NCBI GenBank assembly: GCA_963767005.1
Contig: CAVYCN010000003.1
Coordinates: forward strand, 256,001-320,000
Origin: an uncultured Actinomycetes bacterium
GTDB taxonomy: Bacteria > Actinomycetota > Thermoleophilia > UBA2241
Direction: 5' to 3'
DNA length: 64,000 bases
Position numbers and translations under genes: made by a program. Shown here in pieces: positions 1 through 9,299 of the stretch. A model generated the notes under the pieces. The model worked only from the letters and a program-made list of their open reading frames with translations. It made no database searches and was not told the origin of the DNA. How positions within the stretch are numbered: the stretch's first letter is position 1; each line of letters opens with the position of its first letter.

Positions 1-1120
1 GCTGGGCCACCGTCACCCGACCGTCATGCGCGCCGTCCAGGGCCAGCTCCAGCACCAGGCGCTGCACTCGCAGGAGCTGCTCGACCCCATGCGCGGCTAC
101 CTGTGCGAGCTCGTCGCCATGGTCACGCCCGGCGACCTCCAGTACTCGTTCCTCGTGAACTCGGGCACCGAGGCCACCGAGGGCGCCCTCAAGTTCGCCA
201 AGGTCTATGCCTACGAGAAGAAGCCCGACCACATGCTGGGCGTGATCTCGACCACACGCGCCTTCCACGGCAAGTCGATGGGCAGCCTCAGCGTGAGCGG
301 CAAGCGCGAGTTCCGCGTGCCCTTCCAGCCGCTCGTGCCGGGCAGCCGCTTCGTGCCCTACGGCGACGCCGACGCGCTCGAGCGCGAGCTCGAGATCTGC
401 GACATGATCGGCTACGACATCGCCGCCTTCATCGTCGAGCCGGTCCAGGGCGAGGCCGGCGCCATCGTGCCGCCCGACGACTACCTGCCGCGCGTACGCG
501 AGATCTGCGACGAGTGGGACGTCGTGATGATCGCCGACGAGGTACAGACCGGCATGGGCCGCACCGGCAAGCTCTGGGGCGTCGACAACTGGGGCGTCGT
601 GCCCGACATCATGACCATGGGGAAGGCCTTCGGCGGCGCCGTGATCCCCTGCGGCAACATCGTCGTCAAGGAACGCATCTTCCACGCCATGTTCGCCAAC
701 CCCTACCTGCACACGACCACCTTCGGCGGCAACCCGCTGGCAACGGCCGCGGCGATCGGCGCCCTGCACGCGACGATCGAAGAGGACATCCCGCGCCAGG
801 CCGCCGAGAAAGGCGCCGTGCTGAAGGCCGGCGTGCAGACGCTCGCCGACGAGTACCCCGACATCTACGACGAGGTGCGCGGCCTCGGCCTGCTGATCGG
901 CATGGAGTTCCACGACGCCGAGACCGGCTACGCCGTCTCGTCGGGCCTGTTCAGCCGCGGCGTCCTGGTGGGCGGCACACTCAACAACGCCAAGACGCTA
1001 CGGCTCGAGCCGCCGGCCGTTATCAGCCTCGCGCAGATCGACGAGGTGCTGGCCCGCCTGGCCGAGACGCTCGCCGAGGTGCGCGCCACACGCGGCGCCG
1101 GCGCGCTCGTGACTCAGTAG
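1..1120 (+). CDS. patA: Putrescine aminotransferase (class III PLP), 5'-truncated by window edge
   Basis: Frame open from base 2 (LGHRHPTVM); motifs NSGTEATE, FHGKSMGSLS, EPVQGEAG, DEVQTGMGRTG, PLP lysine in TMGKAFGG, HTTTFGGNPLA and GTLNNAKTLRLEPP typical of PatA/YgjG. Confidence 0.88.
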   Translation, partial: LGHRHPTVMRAVQGQLQHQALHSQELLDPMRGYLCELVAMVTPGDLQYSFLVNSGTEATEGALKFAKVYAYEKKPDHMLGVISTTRAFHGKSMGSLSVSGKREFRVPFQPLVPGSRFVPYGDADALERELEICDMIGYDIAAFIVEPVQGEAGAIVPPDDYLPRVREICDEWDVVMIADEVQTGMGRTGKLWGVDNWGVVPDIMTMGKAFGGAVIPCGNIVVKERIFHAMFANPYLHTTTFGGNPLATAAAIGALHATIEEDIPRQAAEKGAVLKAGVQTLADEYPDIYDEVRGLGLLIGMEFHDAETGYAVSSGLFSRGVLVGGTLNNAKTLRLEPPAVISLAQIDEVLARLAETLAEVRATRGAGALVTQ

Positions 1121-1162
1121 CACCCGCTGACCGGCGGCGGCTGCCGCCGGGCGTCCGTACGA

Positions 1163-1212
1163 CGCGACGGGCGGCGGGGCGAGCCTTCTGGCTCGCCCCG
1201 CCGCCCGTCGCG
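1163..1212. terminator. 23-bp perfect stem, 4-nt loop; probable bidirectional terminator
   Basis: CGCGACGGGCGGCGGGGCGAGCC-TTCT-GGCTCGCCCCGCCGCCCGTCGCG between convergent stops at 1120 and 1254; no U-tract. Confidence 0.65.
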
Positions 1213-1253
1213 CTACGCCGCCGCGGGCGTCACCGCCCGCGGCGGCGCCTGTC

Positions 1254-2066
1254 TCACCAGTCCGAGAAGCCGGTGTTGTACCAGAGCTTGCTCGTGCCCT
1301 TCTTGGCACGCTTGTTCCAGGCCTTGGTCTTGGGCTCGGCCTCGATGCGCGCGAGCAACTGGTCGCAGCGATCCTTGACGTGCTGCTTCTGCTCCTCGCT
1401 GAACGCCGGGACCTTGTCGACGTGCTCCTTCACGCGGCCGAAGTTGGTCGTGGCCGTGTACCAGAAGCCCCAGTCGTCGCCGAAGCGCTTGGCGATGAAA
1501 GTCTGGTTGATCTTCTTCTCGTCGTCGTCGCCGATCGTGGCCGTCGTGAGCAGATACTCGATGTCCTTCAGGTCCTTGTCGTTGATCTCCCAGATCTGCA
1601 GCTTCTGCAGCATGATGTCGGACAGCGACACGCTGTAGGGGTCGAGCTCGAGGCGGCCTGCGTAGTTGACCTCGTGGCAGTAGTCGAGCTTGTCGAAGAA
1701 GACGTCGATCATCGGCACGGGGCCGGCGTAGTAGATGTGCCGCGTCTTGCCCGACGCCATCATCGTCTGCAGGTCGCACTCGTAGCCGAGCGTCTCCATG
1801 AACTTCGGCATCTTGCCGCTGGTCTTGCCGTAGGCGGCGTAGTCGATGTCGGTGAAGTACCGGTCGCCGAGGCGCTCCAGCTTCGCGTAGAGGTCGATCT
1901 GCTCCGGGAAGTAGTAGTGCAGCGCGAGCGGGCCCATGACGCGCATCGTGATGCCCGCCTGCTGGGCGGCCTCGACGATGCGTTTGCCCTCGGCCAGGAA
2001 GGTCTCGGGCGTGGGGTACTGGTCGAGCGGGATGTCCTTCGGCAGGATGAAGGGCTTGGTGCTCAT
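1254..2066 (-). CDS. Conserved hypothetical protein, probable Pol-beta-like nucleotidyltransferase fold
   Basis: 270 aa, RBS GAAGGAGG; hG-x-hA (VMGPLAL), DxD (TDIDY) and third acidic strand (MIDVF) pattern. Confidence 0.6.
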   Translation of the reverse strand: MSTKPFILPKDIPLDQYPTPETFLAEGKRIVEAAQQAGITMRVMGPLALHYYFPEQIDLYAKLERLGDRYFTDIDYAAYGKTSGKMPKFMETLGYECDLQTMMASGKTRHIYYAGPVPMIDVFFDKLDYCHEVNYAGRLELDPYSVSLSDIMLQKLQIWEINDKDLKDIEYLLTTATIGDDDEKKINQTFIAKRFGDDWGFWYTATTNFGRVKEHVDKVPAFSEEQKQHVKDRCDQLLARIEAEPKTKAWNKRAKKGTSKLWYNTGFSDW

Positions 2067-2173
2067 CGCCTGCTGTCGCCTCCTTCGGTAGGACGGGCGC
2101 GGGCGCGGGGGCGCCGCGGCGAGCGACCGGCGGGGCCCGCAGCCGGTGCGGGCCCCGCCGGTCTCAAGGGCGA

Positions 2174-3106
2174 TCAGCCCTGGGTGAAGACGTAGTCCTT
2201 CACCTTCTTCTTGTCGAGCATGATCACGACACCCTTGAGGATGCCCTCGGAGTACTCGCTGCCGGGGTTGATCATGAGCGTGCGGCCGGCCTTCTGGGCG
2301 CCGCGCGACTCGTGGATGTGCCCGTGCAGGCCGAGCAGCGGCTGGTACTTCTCGATCACCATCTTGGCGCCCTGGCTGCCCGCGTGGATCTTCTCCTCGG
2401 CGGACATCTTCATGTCCTTGTCGAGCTTCGGGCAGAGGTCGAGCGAGTAGCCGTGCGGCGGCACGTGGAAGTTGAAGATCGCGCCCTCGTAGTTGCTGAC
2501 CTTCTTGCAGAGCTCGTCGAGGTGAACGGACAGCTCCTCTTCGGACTCCTCACGCGGGGTGTCCCACGGCGTCGGGTTGCTGCGCGAGCACGACACCATC
2601 TCGTGGCCGTCGATGTCGACCACCATGTTGTCGCAGGGCTTGATGACCTTCATGCAGGAGATCATGTCGTCGACCTCCCACCAGTCGTCGTTGCCCGGGC
2701 AGATGTACATCGTGTGGCTCTTGCCCTCGAGCCGCTCGTCGGCCAGCTCGAGCCACTCCTGGATACGCTTGTAGGCGGCGTGCTTGAAGAGCTTGTCGAT
2801 CTCTTTCGGGTCGGCCTTGGTGGCCTCGAACTCCTCGCGGGTCTGGTTGATCCAGTAGTAGCCCGCGTTCTCGATGATCTTCTTGGTGTCGGCCAGCTCC
2901 TGCTCGGTGTTCATCTCGGTGTACATGCCCATGAGATGGCACTCGCGGCCACCGCCGGGCTTCTCGACCAGCGGGATGAGCACCTTGCCGAGCAGGTCGC
3001 CGTTCAGCACGGCGATATCGATGCCGTAGATCGGCAGGGCGTTCAAGAACTTGCGGTAGCAGACGTTCGAACCATGAATGTCGGTGACGTAGAACAGTTT
3101 GATCAT
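2174..3106 (-). CDS. Icc-like calcineurin-type metallophosphoesterase
   Basis: Motifs DIHG, GDL, PGNDD, FHVPP, HGHIHE, NPGS; RBS GGAGGGAGGG. Confidence 0.9.
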   Translation of the reverse strand: MIKLFYVTDIHGSNVCYRKFLNALPIYGIDIAVLNGDLLGKVLIPLVEKPGGGRECHLMGMYTEMNTEQELADTKKIIENAGYYWINQTREEFEATKADPKEIDKLFKHAAYKRIQEWLELADERLEGKSHTMYICPGNDDWWEVDDMISCMKVIKPCDNMVVDIDGHEMVSCSRSNPTPWDTPREESEEELSVHLDELCKKVSNYEGAIFNFHVPPHGYSLDLCPKLDKDMKMSAEEKIHAGSQGAKMVIEKYQPLLGLHGHIHESRGAQKAGRTLMINPGSEYSEGILKGVVIMLDKKKVKDYVFTQG

Positions 3107-3177
3107 CTATCACCCTCCCTCGGGCGGAGCGCGGGGGGCGAGAGCGGATGCTCCCGCCCCCCGCGCCGACGGTCAGA

Positions 3178-4812
3178 TCACTCCGGAGGCAGCTCGCCGT
3201 AGGTGACGGCCGAGATGTCCATGCCGGACTTGGCCTTGTTGTAGGCGCTCCAGGCGAAGTACCACACGACGCCGGCGGCCCAGATGCTGCCGAACAGAAT
3301 CCACGAAGGTCCGCTGAACGTCGCGGTCGCGGCGTTGTGGACGGTGAACTCCCAGAGCAGGATGACGAGGTAGACGAGGTCGACCGCGGCGCCCCAGACG
3401 ACGACCGGCAGGCCGAGGAAGGTCCACTTCTTGTAGGGCGACGAGTCCCACACGCCCTTGGCGCGCCGCGAGTACGGGAACCACAGTGCGGCGATCGCGG
3501 TCGGCAGGAAGACCGAGGTGATCTGCATGCCGGTCAGCACGATGTTCTGCATCTGGTTCTGCAGCAGCGTGTAGTAGAAGACCAGCAGCCCCTCGCCCAG
3601 GACCAGGCAGAGGATGTGGTTCTTAACCGGGCTCGCGTAGCGCGGGTTGATGTCGGTGAACCACTTCGGGCCCATGCGGTCCATGCCCCAGGCAAACAGG
3701 ATGCGCGGGAAGGCCAGGTACGAAAGCGCCAGCCACCACAGGGTGAAGGCCACGTACGAGAGGCCCATGAGCGCCGCGATCACCTTGGCCCATGCCGCCG
3801 ACGAGCCCAGCGAGTACACGGCCAAGTCGATGAAGTTCGTGCCGTGCGGCATGCCGGCCATCGACTTCAGCGTGTTGCCGTTATTGTCGTTCCAGGCGGT
3901 CGCGTTCAGGAACTGGAAGCCGACCGTCTTGTAGAGCACGATCGCGATCCAGAGCATGAACAGGAAGGGCACCAGAATGGCGAACAGGTTGGCCCAGATG
4001 ATCGACTTGTCGGGGCGCTTGACCTCGCCGGCGATGAAGGCGATCGAGTAGGCGTAGGCGAACAGCCACGACATGGCGACCATCGTGCCGAAGGTCGCAC
4101 CCCAGTTGGTGTGAGTCGGCATGGCGGTGCCGGCCTGGGCGGCGACCTGGGCCACGAAGGTGTGGTAGGTCGGGCCGTGGTTGGCCAGGGCCGCCGCGTT
4201 CCACTTCGACTCAAAGCCCGAGCGCGAGGTGATCGTCAGGACGACGCCGATGATCGCGCAGCCGCCGATGCCGAAGACCATGACGATCTTCTGCACCTTG
4301 GCGAAGATCTTGATGCCGAAGACCACGAAGAGGAAGCCGACCACGTTGAAGATCGAGGCGATGAAGAAGGTGTGCCAGGTGGGCGCGTCGACCCAGCTCG
4401 CAGCCTTCGTCCAGCCGAGATAGCTGAATGTGGTGTCGAGGCCGGGGCTGACGGCCAGAGGCGCCAGCACGTAGAGCCACATCAGCCAGATGGCGGCGTC
4501 GCCGAAGCTCTGGGCGATGCCGTAGACCGGGTGGATGATGCGCGAGTTGTAGACGTACTCGCCGCCGGACCGCGGCATCGAGCCGCCGAGGATGCCCCAG
4601 ACGAGCGGGAAGCCGATGCCGGCGAGCACCGCCGAGATGATCGCGGCGTAGATCAGGTTGCCGCCGAGGAAGACGCCGAGGCCGAGGCTCACGACGACCC
4701 AGATGCTCGGCGTCAGGCCCTGGTTCATGAAGCCGACCGCGAACGCGTCCATCATCGACAGACCGCGCACCAAGCCGCTTGCCTTACGTGCATACGCTAG
4801 TTCTTCAGACAC
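3178..4812 (-). CDS. APC-family amino acid/polyamine permease
   Basis: About 12 hydrophobic segments; RKASGLVR N-terminus, MPRSGGEYVY, AGEVKRP, RILFAWGMDR. Confidence 0.9.
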   Translation of the reverse strand: MSEELAYARKASGLVRGLSMMDAFAVGFMNQGLTPSIWVVVSLGLGVFLGGNLIYAAIISAVLAGIGFPLVWGILGGSMPRSGGEYVYNSRIIHPVYGIAQSFGDAAIWLMWLYVLAPLAVSPGLDTTFSYLGWTKAASWVDAPTWHTFFIASIFNVVGFLFVVFGIKIFAKVQKIVMVFGIGGCAIIGVVLTITSRSGFESKWNAAALANHGPTYHTFVAQVAAQAGTAMPTHTNWGATFGTMVAMSWLFAYAYSIAFIAGEVKRPDKSIIWANLFAILVPFLFMLWIAIVLYKTVGFQFLNATAWNDNNGNTLKSMAGMPHGTNFIDLAVYSLGSSAAWAKVIAALMGLSYVAFTLWWLALSYLAFPRILFAWGMDRMGPKWFTDINPRYASPVKNHILCLVLGEGLLVFYYTLLQNQMQNIVLTGMQITSVFLPTAIAALWFPYSRRAKGVWDSSPYKKWTFLGLPVVVWGAAVDLVYLVILLWEFTVHNAATATFSGPSWILFGSIWAAGVVWYFAWSAYNKAKSGMDISAVTYGELPPE

Positions 4813-4910
4813 TATCGCCCCCTTGGTTCCTTCAACGGCCGTGCCCTCGTTAGCGAAAGGAGAGACGAACGGACGGCCGTCCTACAACAACGTGTGCCTT
4901 CGTTTCGCGC

Positions 4911-5441
4911 CTACTCCCGACCGCCTCCCTTCTCCCCGACCGTCTCGGGAATGCGCCACTGATAGATGTCCTTGAGCTTCCAGGGGACCATGACGGTCCG
5001 CGTGCGCGAGACCCCGTTGACCTTGCCGATCACCTCGTCCACGAAGCGCAGCAGGTCTTCGGTGTCGCGCGCGTACACCTGCGCCGACAGGTCGCCGTTG
5101 CCCACGGCGCCGGCGACGTAGCTCACGTTGTCGAGGCTGCAGAGCTGCTCGGCGACCGACTGCACCATCCCGGGCGCGACCTCGATGATCACGTCGCCGG
5201 TGACCCGGTAGCCGACGGCCTGGGGATTGACGATGGCGGTGACCTTGACGACGCCGGCCCGCACGAGCCGCTCGATGCGGTAGCGTACCGCGCGCTCAGA
5301 CACGTGTCCGATGCGGCGCGTCATCTCGGCCGACGAGATACGGCCGTCCTCGGAGAGTAGTGCGACGATCTGGCGGTCGATCGCGTCGAGACTGAACGTC
5401 ACCCCTGACCCCTCTGGCGTGGACAGACCGGCTAACTTCAA
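4911..5441 (-). CDS. Lrp/AsnC family transcriptional regulator (start uncertain)
   Basis: LDAIDRQIVALLSEDGRIS HTH plus C-terminal RAM domain. Confidence 0.9.
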   Translation of the reverse strand: MKLAGLSTPEGSGVTFSLDAIDRQIVALLSEDGRISSAEMTRRIGHVSERAVRYRIERLVRAGVVKVTAIVNPQAVGYRVTGDVIIEVAPGMVQSVAEQLCSLDNVSYVAGAVGNGDLSAQVYARDTEDLLRFVDEVIGKVNGVSRTRTVMVPWKLKDIYQWRIPETVGEKGGGRE

Positions 5442-5654
5442 TCCAACCGTAGGAAAATGTCAACCTAGCGCGACGGGCCGTAGGATTCGTACACTCCGCC
5501 GCAATGGTGCCGTCGGTTTCGGACGGCCCCGGGCGTGACCCAACGACGGCCGGAGCCACGCACGGGTACCCCCCTGACGCAGGATATCGCAGGTCGCCCC
5601 CCGATGCGAGGCCGATCGACCCGGCGCACGACCTCGAGCCGGCGCGGCGGCGCG

Positions 5655-7547
5655 CTACACCTCGGCGCCGGCCACGACGCCGAGCGCCGCGCGCTCGTCG
5701 CCGGTCAGACGCTGGACAGCCTCGAAGCGGCAGACCTGACGGCAGGTGTCGCACTTCGTGCAGGCCGCCAGGTCGATCACATGGGGCTGTTTGCGCTCAC
5801 CGCTGATCGCCCCCACCGGGCACTTCTTGGCGCAGAGCATGCAGCCCGTGCAGGTGTCGGCGTCGATGTGGTAGCTCACGAGGGCGCTGCAGGCCCGCGC
5901 CGGGCAGGCGCCCTTGTAGATGTGGGCCTCGTACTCGTCGCGGAAGTAGCGGATCGTCGTGAGGACCGGGTTGGGCGCCGTCTGGCCCAGGCCGCAGAGG
6001 CTGGTCCGCTTGATCGTGACGGCCAGCTTCTCGAGGCGCTCGATGTCGCCGTCCTCGCCCTCGCCGGCGGTGATGCGCTCGAGGATCTCGAGCATGCGCT
6101 TGGTGCCGAGGCGGCAGGGCACGCACTTGCCGCAGCTCTCATTCTGCGTGAACTGCAGGAAGTACCGCGCGAGGTCGACCATGCAGGTCTGGTCGTCGGC
6201 CACGACCATGCCGCCCGAGCCCATGATGGCGCCCGTCGCGGCCAGGCTCTCGTAGTCGATCGGCGTGTCGATGAGCGCGGCCGGCACGCAGCCGCCCGAG
6301 GGGCCGCCGAGCTGCACGGCCTTGAAATCGCGCCCGCCCTTGATGCCGCCGCCGACGCCGTAGACCATCTCGCGGATGGTCGAGCCGATCGGCACCTCGG
6401 CGAGGCCGCCGTTCACTACCTTGCCGGCCAGCGAGAAGGCCTTGGTGCCGCGGCTCTTCTCGGTGCCGAGCGCCGCGTAGGCCGCGGCCCCGTGCGTGAT
6501 GATCCAGGGGATGTTGGCGTAGGTCTCGACGTTGTTGATGTTCGTCGGCTTGCCCCACAGGCCCGAGACCGCCGGGAACGGCGGCCGCGGCCGCGGCATG
6601 CCGCGGCGGCCTTCGATGCTCGCCATGAGGGCCGTCTCCTCGCCGCAGACGAAAGCGCCGGCCCCCTCCTTGATCTTCAGGTGGAAGTCCCAGTCGGTGC
6701 CGAAGACGTGATCGCCGAGAAAGCCGTGCTCCTCGGCCTGGGCGATCGCCATGCGCAGGCGCCGCACGGCCAGCGGATACTCGGCGCGCACGTAGATGTA
6801 ACCGTCGCGCGCGCCGATCGCAAAGGAGCCGATGATCATGCCCTCGATCACGGCGTGCGGGTCGCCGTCCATGATCGAGGCGTCCATGAAGGCGCCGGGG
6901 TCGCCCTCGTCGCCGTTGCAGATCAGGTACTTCTGATCGCCCTTCGAGGCCGCCGCGAACTTCCACTTCTGGCCGGTCGGAAAGCCGGCGCCGCCGCGGC
7001 CACGGAGGCCCGAGGCCAGGACCTCGTCGATGACCCACTGGGAGGTCTTCTCGGTCACGACGGTGCGCGCGGCGGCGTAGCCGCCGCGCGCGATGTACTC
7101 GTCGATGCGCTCGGGATGGATGATGCCGACGTCGCGCAGCGCGATGCGCTTCTGCTGGGCGTAGAAGGGGATGTCGTGCCAGCAGGCGATGCGTTCGCCC
7201 GTGCCCGGCTCGACGTACAGCAGGTCCTCGACGACCGCGCCGCCGACGAGGTGCTCGGCGACGATGCGCTTGACGTCTTTGGCCTTGAGCTTCGGGTAGT
7301 ACGTCTCGTCGCCCGACACGACGGCGAGCGGGCCCTGCGAGCAAAGGCCGTGACAGCCGATGATCGCGACCTCGACCTGGTCGGCAAGGCCGGCCTCGGC
7401 GATCTCGTGCTCGAAGGCCTCGAACATCTTCATCGAGCCGGCGAACACGCAGGCGGTGCCGGCGCAGACCTGGACACGGCGGCGCCCGTCGGACGCGGGC
7501 ACCACGCCGACGCGCACGCCCTCGGTAGCGGTCGTCGAGGCGCTCAT
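5655..7547 (-). CDS. HydB/NuoF-like flavin Fe-S subunit (NADH-binding, C-terminal 2x[4Fe-4S])
   Basis: ATG 7547 overlaps upstream stop; CAGTAC..CHGLC [2Fe-2S]; SGLRGRGGAGFPTG, GDEGDPGAFMD, GAGAFVCGEETAL, ESCGKCVPCR; two CxxCxxCxxxC motifs. Confidence 0.92.
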   Translation of the reverse strand: MSASTTATEGVRVGVVPASDGRRRVQVCAGTACVFAGSMKMFEAFEHEIAEAGLADQVEVAIIGCHGLCSQGPLAVVSGDETYYPKLKAKDVKRIVAEHLVGGAVVEDLLYVEPGTGERIACWHDIPFYAQQKRIALRDVGIIHPERIDEYIARGGYAAARTVVTEKTSQWVIDEVLASGLRGRGGAGFPTGQKWKFAAASKGDQKYLICNGDEGDPGAFMDASIMDGDPHAVIEGMIIGSFAIGARDGYIYVRAEYPLAVRRLRMAIAQAEEHGFLGDHVFGTDWDFHLKIKEGAGAFVCGEETALMASIEGRRGMPRPRPPFPAVSGLWGKPTNINNVETYANIPWIITHGAAAYAALGTEKSRGTKAFSLAGKVVNGGLAEVPIGSTIREMVYGVGGGIKGGRDFKAVQLGGPSGGCVPAALIDTPIDYESLAATGAIMGSGGMVVADDQTCMVDLARYFLQFTQNESCGKCVPCRLGTKRMLEILERITAGEGEDGDIERLEKLAVTIKRTSLCGLGQTAPNPVLTTIRYFRDEYEAHIYKGACPARACSALVSYHIDADTCTGCMLCAKKCPVGAISGERKQPHVIDLAACTKCDTCRQVCRFEAVQRLTGDERAALGVVAGAEV

Positions 7548-8143
7548 CGCCCGCCTCCGGCGCCGGCCGCGCCGTCGCCCGAAGCGCCGTCGTCGGCGCC
7601 CGCGGCGCCGCGCAGGTCGTCGCCGGTGAGGCCGAGCTGCTCGAGCACGCCGATGATGTAGGTGCGCGTGGAGTCGGGGGTGAGGTTGCCGAACGTGTCG
7701 CTGTCGATGCGCATGACGGGCGCCTGCGAGCAGGCCCCCATGCAGGCGACCGAGTCGAGCGTGAAGCTCATGTCGGGAGTGGTGCCGCCGTCGGCCACGC
7801 CGAGCTCCTGCTCGAGGGCCTCGGTGATGCGCGGCGCGCCCGCCACGTGGCAGGCCGTGCCGTGGCAGACGAAGACCTTGTGACGCCCGCTGGGCTCGGT
7901 CGAGAACTGCGCGTAGAAGGTGACGATGCCGTAGATGCGCGCCGCCGGCACGCCCGACAGGCGCGCGATCTCGTTGACCACGGGCTCCGGCAGGTAGCCG
8001 TAGTGCGCCTGTACGTGCTGCAGCACGGCGATGAGGTTGCCGTGGGGGTCGATCTCGCCGACCACCCGGCCGACCTCGGAGAGGTCGAGCTCGGGCACGG
8101 CCGCGCCGGCCTGGGCCTGAGAGTCTGTCACGCGCCTGGGCAT
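7544..8143 (-). CDS. HydC/NuoE-like [2Fe-2S] subunit
   Basis: LQHVQAHYGYLP, VTFYAQF, CHGTAC and CMGAC ligands. Confidence 0.92.
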   Translation of the reverse strand: MPRRVTDSQAQAGAAVPELDLSEVGRVVGEIDPHGNLIAVLQHVQAHYGYLPEPVVNEIARLSGVPAARIYGIVTFYAQFSTEPSGRHKVFVCHGTACHVAGAPRITEALEQELGVADGGTTPDMSFTLDSVACMGACSQAPVMRIDSDTFGNLTPDSTRTYIIGVLEQLGLTGDDLRGAAGADDGASGDGAAGAGGGR

Positions 8144-8315
8144 GTCCTACCTTCCGCTGTCGCTCCACCGCGATCGGCCCCGTGGGGGCCTTCCACCATC
8201 AACGTGCCGCCACGTGCCCGGCCGCGCCCGGCGCCCGCAGGCGCCGGCGCCGAGCCGGTGTCGTCATTGTCGCGCCTCGGCGTCGAGGCGCGCAACCGAG
8301 GCGTCCCGCGCCGAG

Positions 8316-8355
8316 GCGCCGGTGGCGGGGGCGTCGACGCCCCCGCCACCGGCGC
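8316..8355. repeat. Perfect 40-bp palindrome downstream of folD
   Basis: GCGCCGGTGGCGGGGGCGTC|GACGCCCCCGCCACCGGCGC. Confidence 0.85.
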
Positions 8356-8365
8356 TCGCGGGCTG

Positions 8366-9247
8366 TCAGGCGCCGCCGGTCTGGGCCTGGCAGGCCGCCA
8401 GGGCGTTCTTGAGCAGGATCACGTTCGTCACGGGGCCGACCCCGCCGGGCACCGGCGTGACCTTCGAGGCGACCTCGCAGACGGCGTCGAAGTCGAGGCT
8501 GCCGACCTGCTTGCCCTCGATGCGGATCGTGGTCACGTCGACGACGACCGCGCCGGGCTTGACCATGTCCTTCTTGATCAGGTTCTGCACCGGCGCGGCG
8601 CAGATCAGCACGTCGGCCTCGCGGCAGGCGGCCGCCACGTCCTTGCTGAAGACGTGGACCACGTGCACCGTCGCATTCTTGTTCAGGCAGAGCAGGGCGG
8701 CCGGCTTGCCGACGATGTTCGAGTGGTTGACGATCGTGACGTTCAGGCCCCTGTCCTTGCCCTCCCCGTCGACGTACATCAGATCGACACCCTCACGCGC
8801 GAGGATCTCCATGCAGGCCGACGGCGTCGCCGGAGCGAACAGGAAGTCGCCGAGCAGCACGTGGCCGATGTTGGCCGGGTTCACGCAGTCGAGGTCCTTG
8901 ATGGGGGCGATCGCGTTGAAGACGGCGTTCTGGTCGATGTCGCCGGCCATCGGCATCAGGGCGAGGATGCCGTGCACCGCCGGGTCGGCGTTGAGGGTCG
9001 CGATCAGGTCGAGCACCTCGGCCTGGCTCGTGCCGGCCGGCAGCGTGTGGTTGAAGTAGGCGAAGCCCACGGTGCCCGTGTTCTTCTCGATCTGGCCGCG
9101 ATAGAACTGCGCGCCGCCGTCGTCGCCGACGAGGATCGTCGCGACGCCCGGCTTGACGCCACGCGCGGCGAGCTTCTCGACCTCGGCGACGATCTCGGCA
9201 CGCACCTGTTCGGCGATCGCCTTGCCGTCGATGATCTGCGCTGTCAT
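8366..9247 (-). CDS. folD: Methylene-THF dehydrogenase (FolD family, variant)
   Basis: MTAQIIDGKAIA start, LNADPAVHGIL, KDLDC, PATP, IVGKP, TPVPGGVGPVT. Confidence 0.93.
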   Translation of the reverse strand: MTAQIIDGKAIAEQVRAEIVAEVEKLAARGVKPGVATILVGDDGGAQFYRGQIEKNTGTVGFAYFNHTLPAGTSQAEVLDLIATLNADPAVHGILALMPMAGDIDQNAVFNAIAPIKDLDCVNPANIGHVLLGDFLFAPATPSACMEILAREGVDLMYVDGEGKDRGLNVTIVNHSNIVGKPAALLCLNKNATVHVVHVFSKDVAAACREADVLICAAPVQNLIKKDMVKPGAVVVDVTTIRIEGKQVGSLDFDAVCEVASKVTPVPGGVGPVTNVILLKNALAACQAQTGGA

Positions 9248-9299
9248 GTCGTTCCAGCCCTTCTGTCGTCGTGGGGCGCGGCCCTGCGGCGCGCGCGGC

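Noticed and set aside
3142-3150. attR copy of the tRNA-Gly 3' end (GAGCGGATG) defining an island 3.1-20.9 kb
   Set aside because: Only 9 bp, part of a hairpin, expected by chance; no integrase
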